Positions 30,701-36,809 of a stretch of 64,000 nt of DNA are shown in pieces. Numbering within the stretch: position 1 is the stretch's first letter; each line of letters opens with the position of its first letter. The notes beneath the pieces are model-generated. The model did not search any database. It was not told where the DNA came from and was given only the letters and a program-made list of their open reading frames with translations. This DNA is from Candidatus Pelethenecus sp. (GTDB lineage: Bacteria; Bacillota_I; Bacilli_A; Acholeplasmatales; Anaeroplasmataceae): positions 5,349 to 69,348 of the forward strand of contig JBGVFV010000117.1 in NCBI GenBank assembly GCA_045121295.1, written 5' to 3'. The translations under genes and the position numbers were made by a program.

Positions 30701-30938
30701 ATCCACCTGAAGATACTGTATAATGTAATCCGCCATAATCAAACTGTCCCATATCTACAATTTCTTGTGGAATCATACGATAAAAGTTATTAACTCTATA
30801 TGTTTGTGTTGTTTCCTCTGCTACTACTGAAATACCATCATTAGGTAATTCAGCTGCAGATGCACTAGGTGAGGAAATTACTAGTGCACCTGATAATACT
30901 GTAACGGCAGCCAATGCCGATAAAATCTTCTTTTTCAT
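27732..30938 (-). CDS. large surface protein, BspA-type leucine-rich repeats + three ~190-aa repeats + C-terminal membrane anchor
   Basis: 1068 aa with signal peptide ...SSPSASA/AE and LRR_5-like segments (KALRFVKSISNFQITEDTLYEGAALEKIYIPESFK). Repeated modules: DITVKVMNVEGNIGYILDG / DISVKIMNFDYDMGFVMFG / SIELELIESDYSYIF. The tail is ...IWGIWAIISKFFKWLRR. Confidence 0.65.
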   Translation of the reverse strand: MKKKILSALAAVTVLSGALVISSPSASAAELPNDGISVVAEETTQTYRVNNFYRMIPQEIVDMGQFDYGGLHYTVSSGGYFDVSEVADPSKEKVLVLNYMGNKGKITYASSIDWTKYTNLEDVIITGNNLGFVQNIISQLPSGINLYLGGACNLNTGLPSSFKNIYVYSSYLNAFFDLDSDAFTTYITSTNVEHIYINDFYNSFNNPSTFDNLNLTNRNGVTLKTELCETWKYPEEIFYVLSDFSPNGEVFESLGYYSVNTNTDITSSGSLTYSLNSISENVVDLDATKLSSGTMIPEGHEFRKIYMPQNKDYHFERVVCDELIIRPYSAADTFNISNFSGVKALRFVKSISNFQITEDTLYEGAALEKIYIPESFKDKFTAITSREDLAPLVEYYDLNSYVKPTNAYLSEDGNIYGVKDYNYSIEEMEQAKLLLQTMGLEVPAETVIDEMLAYYEIPLMDYTQYNPVYTARNFDTIVVPNNMDATKVLEGFEFLVTLNHGYMSDGESTIIADTTNYQVGYNASLPIAITLPDNRVITKDITVKVMNVEGNIGYILDGNDVYIITNPTEQIKSLASLMAPLMENHLMESQVEYDQSPLLDTASYGYLAGNAYTATLSSGKAKVVVSDVELVETPELPDTGDTENGDETNDNTNQEQSNVVFKEITNIYTPETVDGSRLMSTIRDILCTVDGEPYEVPGFAIGTSSGRTNKEDYTFNAWTRIENTYVYDKDISVKIMNFDYDMGFVMFGDGDIAVVFNANKDYTNEQIEEAIKAFLTNQNLNTESFEMTNKTVNETKTYEATYDQGTVYIINSGVNVGFSSSNQAVDQTEVKQGFVALTKVMYTKEFTKEEVLRALGKNILLKDGKLYTEEYEIDYTTKEDSNWVDAVFKSGETILLKTSIELELIESDYSYIFARAFQFDYGYLLMDKQITNPEYTLNDVMLDVVPRFRGLMKPFENETTIDFTKTTTADVDGIYHVGNGSYYEYEYNVEVANIEHLVRTNEVLVDGVEPVGETVADKFNDFADDFKVRFEENKAFKAATITLGTITGILLIWGIWAIISKFFKWLRR

Positions 30939-30990
30939 TTTTTATATATCCTCCATGTTAATATTTATTTAAAAGAAGAGAAAAGAATAA

Positions 30991-32322
30991 TTACTTATTC
31001 TCATGTTCATTACTCTTTCCTATAAAGTTTTTAATACATCGAATAGCTTTTAGGATTGGTATTAAAAGTACTAAAGCTAATATTGAACATCCAACTGCAA
31101 TAATAGCTACTTTATATTTATCCCAATTAGCTTTAACGTCATTGAATAGATCGTCAATGGCGTTTTTGAATTGGTAGTAAGATGAATCAGTGTTAAGTAT
31201 TAGATCTTGGTCTAATATAAACAATGTATCACCTTCGATAGTATCCATCTTAATTGGTACATCGAATGTTTCACCATCTACTACATAATTCATTCTTAGT
31301 ATTTGAAACTGTGATACTCTTCGGTAATCTGCTTCGTAATATTCCTTACCTTCAAATATGTTCCATGCATCGTCATCATAATTTAAGTGAAGCTTATATT
31401 TATAATTGATGCTTGAATTTTTAGTTGATTGGTAAGACCCTTCAGAAAATCCTTGGAATTTGTAAAGGCCGAAGATTCCTCCACTAACTCTTTCGGTTGT
31501 AAGGGATTTAGTAATTTGGTGCTCATCGTCTGGTAAGAAGAACTGGTAGAATGGTTTATCGTCATTTAAAATCTTGTATGCCACATCTACACGATAAATT
31601 TTATCTATTTTAATACTAGTATTAAAATAGGCGAAGTGACCGTATCCACCATAAGCTAATAAATCAAAGTAACTTTGAACTTCACAAGCTTCTATAATTT
31701 CATAACCATGGGTACATAATTGCATAGAATTTTTGCCATCTAATTTAGGAATTAGACCTAAATCAAATGTAATGCTTTCTGTACATTGACCAATGGCTTG
31801 GTTAGTACCTTCATAGCCATATTTAAAGTTAGTGAAGTTATATGTCCTTTTAAGGGGTAAACCAAAGTTTTGTCCATCTTTGAAGCCAGCTATTGGCGTC
31901 ATATATAGAGTTAAATCAAAATTTGGATATGTTTTATATTCTGTAGATAGCCAGTTACCATTTAGGTTTTGCATATCAGAAACTGTTGAATATAAGTTAT
32001 AGGTTTTCCCTGATTCAACAATTTGTAATAACGTATTATTAGTTTTTGTGTAGTAAGGGCTTGTCCAACATAGGTATAAATACCCGTCTTTAGAACTGCC
32101 GCCTACAAAACTATCCCAATAAAGACCTAAATATTTATTTGGTTCTAGATACTTAATATCTATATCTACGTTATTTAAAATATAGTCCCAATTTTCTTGT
32201 TTTGTCTCTTCTGATATCTTAGGTTCTATATTCGATGCTGCTGATACTGGAGTTGTAAAACTACATAGGAACAGCATAGATAAACACAAGACGATGGCTA
32301 CTAGAATCTTTTTAATTTTCAT
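30991..32322 (-). CDS. secreted protein with C-terminal membrane anchor
   Basis: 443 aa with signal peptide ...FTTPVSA/AS and a C-terminal TM VAIIAVGCSILALVLLIPIL followed by a basic tail. Confidence 0.6.
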   Translation of the reverse strand: MKIKKILVAIVLCLSMLFLCSFTTPVSAASNIEPKISEETKQENWDYILNNVDIDIKYLEPNKYLGLYWDSFVGGSSKDGYLYLCWTSPYYTKTNNTLLQIVESGKTYNLYSTVSDMQNLNGNWLSTEYKTYPNFDLTLYMTPIAGFKDGQNFGLPLKRTYNFTNFKYGYEGTNQAIGQCTESITFDLGLIPKLDGKNSMQLCTHGYEIIEACEVQSYFDLLAYGGYGHFAYFNTSIKIDKIYRVDVAYKILNDDKPFYQFFLPDDEHQITKSLTTERVSGGIFGLYKFQGFSEGSYQSTKNSSINYKYKLHLNYDDDAWNIFEGKEYYEADYRRVSQFQILRMNYVVDGETFDVPIKMDTIEGDTLFILDQDLILNTDSSYYQFKNAIDDLFNDVKANWDKYKVAIIAVGCSILALVLLIPILKAIRCIKNFIGKSNEHENK

Positions 32323-32325
32323 AGC

Positions 32326-32499
32326 CTACTCCTTTTCTACAGCTTTCTTAGTTATAAATATTCCAAGAATTGCTGTGCCTATTGCTAGAATAAACTTCCA
32401 GCATTTTGAAGTTATAAATTTTACTATTTGCCATAAGATTTGTAATACACTTCCTAAGGTTGCAAATATGTTTTTAATGAATGCCCAGATTAAGCTCAT
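32326..32499 (-). CDS. small hydrophobic protein (57 aa), candidate coat-like/membrane protein
   Basis: Below the track threshold. My translation is MSLIWAFIKNIFATLGSVLQILWQIVKFITSKCWKFILAIGTAILGIFITKKAVEKE. RBS AGGGTGAG lies upstream, and the stop is 3 nt before the next ATG. Confidence 0.5.
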   Translation of the reverse strand: MSLIWAFIKNIFATLGSVLQILWQIVKFITSKCWKFILAIGTAILGIFITKKAVEKE

Positions 32500-32533
32500 A
32501 CACTCACCCTTTCATTAGATGAGAGGAGAGTTT

Positions 32534-33016
32534 TTACTCCCCTACTTCATCTTCAGCATTTTCTTCTTCATCCTCAACTGGATTATCTACTTTAGTAAAT
32601 TCCGCTTGAGGCTTAAATGTAGACCAAATCAATCTCGATTGAATGTCAGATAGGTAAAAGGCGCGTGGATGAGGGTTGTCCTCTGAGCCAAAGTTAATAA
32701 TAATAGCATCATATTCAGTACCGTCTTTTCTTACCGCATGAATACACTCTGCTGGCATATTTTCAATTGTTAATTTAATTGAACCATTTGAGCTATTAGC
32801 TGCTTGATCCAATTCATCTAATAATCCATAATTCGAAGCAATTAATTGGAAGGTTTCATACTTCTTAATTTCATATTTAGGCTTGATGATTAAGGCACCA
32901 GCAATTGAGCCTTTCTTATAAACCATATCTTTTTTTCTTAATAATGCACGCATTGTGACTTTTGGGTCTACCCCATAATTTGTAATATTAAATACTACAT
33001 CCATTTTAGTTTTCAT
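32534..33016 (-). CDS. hypothetical protein with strongly acidic C-terminal tail (possible ssDNA-binding role)
   Basis: 160 aa with RBS GGAGG and tail VDNPVEDEEENAEDEVGE. It overlaps the upstream gene by 4 nt. Confidence 0.45.
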   Translation of the reverse strand: MKTKMDVVFNITNYGVDPKVTMRALLRKKDMVYKKGSIAGALIIKPKYEIKKYETFQLIASNYGLLDELDQAANSSNGSIKLTIENMPAECIHAVRKDGTEYDAIIINFGSEDNPHPRAFYLSDIQSRLIWSTFKPQAEFTKVDNPVEDEEENAEDEVGE

Positions 33017-33420
33017 AATGTTTCCTCCGAGTTATTAAATATATTTTTATAATGTAGATAATGTTCTACTGTTTCACCAAAATCCGTTGTTTCAAAAGCC
33101 TCTAAATACAAATATGTAAGTTTTGCTGATGTAAACGGATTATGTGAAATAAATCTTAATAGCGTATCTAAAATAATTCCTGTATCTCTAAGTGTCATTA
33201 AATCATCTTTTTCTTCTTGAATTTTTGATACAACGTCACCAAGTAATTCAGATATATATACTGCCGGCTCATATTCCTTAGAAGCATTTGTTAATACAGT
33301 AAAGATTAAAGACTCCGCTTCTAGTGATGTTATCTTTTTATCAAGATTTTTCATCACAACCTCAGGCTTATATTTACCTGTTTTTTGTAATTCTTGAATA
33401 ATTACTTTAATGTGCTTCAT
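33013..33420 (-). CDS. hypothetical protein
   Basis: 135 aa, predicted helical, with RBS AGGAGG. Confidence 0.5.
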   Translation of the reverse strand: MKHIKVIIQELQKTGKYKPEVVMKNLDKKITSLEAESLIFTVLTNASKEYEPAVYISELLGDVVSKIQEEKDDLMTLRDTGIILDTLLRFISHNPFTSAKLTYLYLEAFETTDFGETVEHYLHYKNIFNNSEETL

Positions 33421-33678
33421 ATTGAAGACCTCCTAATGTTTTAAAGGAATTATGGAGAACCTACTTTGTACTGCTGCGCTTCAAGTTACTTCATCAATCA
33501 TCTATATATAGTGGGGAGCTAGTCACCATACAGTTCAGCTCTTCATATATCCTAATTAAATTTTCATAAGACCACCTCGCTCATGTCGTGGTTCATTGGA
33601 CTCCTTATGAACCATGAGTAAATAGTAAGTTGTACACCTTACACTTTACTGGACAGATAGAGGTGCTCTTGGGGAGCA
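33421..33678 (-). other. GC-enriched structured intergenic element A (ncRNA or ssDNA structure)
   Basis: 258 nt with no ORF. Several stem-loops are present, e.g. TGGTTCAT-10 nt-ATGAACCA. It shares the exact 19-mer TGTCCAGTAAAGTGTAAGG (minus strand) with element B. Confidence 0.45.
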
Positions 33679-34116
33679 TTATTTAAATTTTTCTGTTAAA
33701 AATTGAATTCTTTTAACAGCTAGATCGTAATCTCTACTTACAGTTTTATGGTCAATTAATAGTTCCCTACTTAATTGACGAAATGATACATCGTTCATGC
33801 AATGTTGAATAAATATATAAGCTTGTCGTTCTGGGATTAGTTTTAAAGCATCATATATAGAATTAAGTTTTTCTCTTCTTATTAATCTTTCAATTGGATG
33901 TTCGAATTCAGCAGCAGGTTCGAATGTACCTTCTACACCATCCTCATCAACACAATGATCATAAGATGTAATTCGTTTGTTAAATCTTTCTTCTGATTTG
34001 ATAAATGCTTCTGCGTCACGGTTTAATTCCTTAACCATATCAACTTCAGCTTGGTTGTCACATTCAACATAAATGAATGTTTTTTTGTTAATAATGTATT
34101 TAGTTCTTAATTTCAT
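33679..34116 (-). CDS. sigma-70 region-4-like / HTH regulator (Tn916 Orf7-like)
   Basis: PERQAYIFIQHCMNDVSFRQLSRELLIDHKTVSRDYDLAVKRIQ. The ATG at 34116 has AGGAG 8 nt upstream; the upstream ATG at 34149 has no RBS. Confidence 0.6.
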   Translation of the reverse strand: MKLRTKYIINKKTFIYVECDNQAEVDMVKELNRDAEAFIKSEERFNKRITSYDHCVDEDGVEGTFEPAAEFEHPIERLIRREKLNSIYDALKLIPERQAYIFIQHCMNDVSFRQLSRELLIDHKTVSRDYDLAVKRIQFLTEKFK

Positions 34117-34356
34117 AAGAAAACTCCTATAGATTTCACATGAATCCATAGGAGCAATACAAACTTAATCCATAGGTAGAAAGGGGGTTAAAGCACTACA
34201 GCCTTAAGCTTATATTCCAGCCCTTCTCGAGGTTCACCTATGGATTAAATATGAAATTTGCGTATTAGCCTTAGCTCGCCAGCAGATAATATTATGGTGA
34301 TTTTAACGACTTATCTGTCGAAGGGATTTGTGCCCTTACACTTTACTGGACAATTA
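34117..34356 (-). other. GC-enriched structured intergenic element B
   Basis: Perfect 12-bp stem TAATCCATAGGT...ACCTATGGATTA enclosing GC-rich sequence, plus further stems. It carries the same 19-mer as element A. Confidence 0.45.
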
Positions 34357-34533
34357 TCAGCATCTTTGGGGAACTTTTTCTTCAGTTTTTATAAATTGTC
34401 CATTTTCAAAGTGAATTCTAACAATAACTCCATCCTTTTGGATTTCAACAGTTTGTGTCTTAGGATCCGCTTTACATACTAATTTCTTAGAATCTTTTAA
34501 TCTTACTTCTGAAAACATTCGTGTCATCTCCAT
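34357..34533 (-). CDS. possible small ORF (58 aa)
   Basis: My translation is MEMTRMFSEVRLKDSKKLVCKADPKTQTVEIQKDGVIVRIHFENGQFIKTEEKVPQRC. It has no clear RBS and may be leaderless from the promoter at 34545..34572. Confidence 0.3.
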   Translation of the reverse strand: MEMTRMFSEVRLKDSKKLVCKADPKTQTVEIQKDGVIVRIHFENGQFIKTEEKVPQRC

Positions 34534-34544
34534 TTTTTTTAATA

Positions 34545-34572
34545 TTTATAGTTAGAATATTGATAAAAACAA
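34545..34572 (-). promoter_or_regulatory. candidate sigma-A promoter for the structural-module operon
   Basis: On the minus strand: TTGTTT, a 16-nt spacer, then TATAAA, about 12 nt before the ATG at 34533. AT-rich DNA gives many look-alikes. Confidence 0.35.
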
Positions 34573-34718
34573 GCTAAACATTTATCTTCATCACTAACTT
34601 TTTTAAAGCAGACTCTTCTAGCACTCTAAGTACCTTCTTTTCCACTTCAACCGAATTTTAGCATAGATATTTATTAAGCTCGACGTAGTCAGACTTCACA
34701 TTTTTTTTGTATGAATAA

Positions 34719-34765
34719 ATAAAAAAAGAGGTTAAAATCCTCAATAATAAAGGACTCTAACCTCT
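34719..34765 (-). terminator. Rho-independent terminator ending the R-M / ImmA-like operon
   Basis: AGAGGTTAAAATCCT-9 nt-AGGACTCTAACCTCT (12 of 15 positions paired) with a minus-strand run of 7 T. Confidence 0.7.
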
Positions 34766-34845
34766 TAATACACATAAATCACTACATAAATATGTTTTTA
34801 TTAATATTTTGTCTATAAAGAAACATGAAGTGCCACTTCACATTT

Positions 34846-36792
34846 CTAATAATTTTCATAAATTTTTTTTGCTATTTTTTCTTTTGGAAGACGATCTATA
34901 TTAGCAGCCTTTAACATTTCATTCCAATAATGTATGTTTTTATCGGCATGATGTGTTACCAAATCGAAAATAATCCAATTTTCTGCCCTATATAAAATTG
35001 GTAATTTGGCAGCTTTTTGAAGTAAATCAATAGTAAACATAGGCGCCAAATTCAGACCTATAGCCATTGCTAAAATAGATCCAAATTCTGGATTAGCATC
35101 TATATTATTAATATAATCACTTATTGTTTTTCTAGAAATAAGACACTGTTCTTCTAATTGGTCTTGTGTGTAACCTTTTCTATCGATATGTACTTTTAAA
35201 GTTCCACCAAATGTCATAGGTAAGCTTCTCATAATTTCAGCATATTCTTTAGCTACATCAACACTATGCTTAATATCTTCCGCTTTCTCTTTTGCTATTC
35301 TTTCAGCTTCATATAATACACATCTATTTTCATCCTTACTTAAATCGCAAGTAACTTCTTCAAAATTACATCCAGGTGCCTTACATAAATAAATAACTTC
35401 ATCATTATCACTAGGTTCTTGTACTGAACTAGATACATTAAAACATAAGCAATATTTGCTAACATCTTCTAATACATCATTTCGAAGCCATTTTACTTGA
35501 CCTATTCGAATAAATAAATTCGGATTATTTACTACTAAGAATCCATCAACATATATTATTTTATTCATGGCATAAGCACTCATCAAATCTGTGTTATTAC
35601 ACAACAATTCAACTAATGCTTCTTTGCCAATTTGATATGTTTGATTTTTACTCAATATTCCATCTGGAAAAGAATAAGGTTCACACCAATTTCCATCAAT
35701 ACAATTATATACACCTTTCGCTAAATCAAAACCTAATTGAATCGCACGAATTTTAGCAACTGTATGAGAAACCCCATAATGGTCTGCTACTGCTTCGATT
35801 ACCTTTTTTACTATTTCGGCTTTTGAATAATTCTTATATTCTTTTTGAATCAATTCATACTGTTCATAAATATAATCTCTTGCAGTCCGAGTAGGTACTA
35901 AAATATGAGGAGCAATATTATTTGCTTGCCATTCCATCCACTTCTTAGCATTTTTCTTGATGGCTGATTTTTGAATATTACTGTCAAAAACATTACAAGA
36001 AATATATGATTCAAAAACATCAGGATTTAATATTTTTTGAAGTTCAAAATACTTTCTATGTAGCCACCAGTGAACACACTCATGAATTAAAGTGTTGTTA
36101 TACACTCCAGGATATTTAGTAAAAGCTTCATCAGGATTTGCGATAATAGTTCCACATCTAACATCGCAATTAACTACATCGTTATCATCATTATAAATAT
36201 TAAATTTAGTATCACTAAAAATGGTCATCCCATAAATATTTTTTCTTAAAGATGCTTGATAATAATTTATATTCATATTTTTAATAACTTCACTAATATT
36301 AACACCAACTTGATCGAATAACGCATCAGGATAATATTCCATTAGAAATGCTTCTGCATACTTATCTAATTCATCTGAAGATATATAAGGTATAAATTCT
36401 TTAGTTAAAATTTTATCAGTATCTCTTTGTACATCTCCTGGTTGAATATCAATGACAGTTAAATCATGTAAGCCGTCTTTTAAAATACCATCCATTGTAA
36501 ATGTTGCTTTAAAACTTATTAAAGTTGATTTTTTTACATTATTCATTACTACGTATGTATCAATAACGAATCCAACAACAGCATCAAAAGACAAATGTAA
36601 ATCATCTGTATAATAGGCTGTTACTTTTTTTACCTCTGAACCAATATATGAAAACTTACTAAAATCAATTCTTCTAAGAGTATTGATTAATCTATAGATT
36701 TCATTATGATTTTTAGAATACAAAGCAGTGACAAAAACTTCTTTGTGTTCTTTATTTAAATAGTCAACAAAATCTTTATATTTCTTTGTCAC
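34846..36792 (-). CDS. large ImmA/IrrE-type (M78) metallopeptidase fused to a C-terminal XRE-like HTH
   Basis: 648 aa with GTG start and RBS AAGGAG. Motifs: HECVHWWLH ... MEWQANNIAPHILVP. The C-terminal segment is GYTQDQLEEQCLISRKTISDYINN. Confidence 0.6.
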   Translation of the reverse strand: MTKKYKDFVDYLNKEHKEVFVTALYSKNHNEIYRLINTLRRIDFSKFSYIGSEVKKVTAYYTDDLHLSFDAVVGFVIDTYVVMNNVKKSTLISFKATFTMDGILKDGLHDLTVIDIQPGDVQRDTDKILTKEFIPYISSDELDKYAEAFLMEYYPDALFDQVGVNISEVIKNMNINYYQASLRKNIYGMTIFSDTKFNIYNDDNDVVNCDVRCGTIIANPDEAFTKYPGVYNNTLIHECVHWWLHRKYFELQKILNPDVFESYISCNVFDSNIQKSAIKKNAKKWMEWQANNIAPHILVPTRTARDYIYEQYELIQKEYKNYSKAEIVKKVIEAVADHYGVSHTVAKIRAIQLGFDLAKGVYNCIDGNWCEPYSFPDGILSKNQTYQIGKEALVELLCNNTDLMSAYAMNKIIYVDGFLVVNNPNLFIRIGQVKWLRNDVLEDVSKYCLCFNVSSSVQEPSDNDEVIYLCKAPGCNFEEVTCDLSKDENRCVLYEAERIAKEKAEDIKHSVDVAKEYAEIMRSLPMTFGGTLKVHIDRKGYTQDQLEEQCLISRKTISDYINNIDANPEFGSILAMAIGLNLAPMFTIDLLQKAAKLPILYRAENWIIFDLVTHHADKNIHYWNEMLKAANIDRLPKEKIAKKIYENY

Positions 36793-36809
36793 TGCTCTTT
36801 ACTCCTTTT

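Noticed and set aside
31383-31565. 60-aa minus-strand ORF in another frame inside the 443-aa gene
   Set aside because: It is fully embedded in a longer ORF that has a signal peptide, an RBS and operon coupling. It has no RBS of its own.
33421-33678. GC-rich patch considered as a tRNA/tmRNA or retron msr/msd
   Set aside because: I found no acceptor-stem/T-arm cloverleaf and no adjacent reverse transcriptase. It is kept as an unclassified structured element instead.
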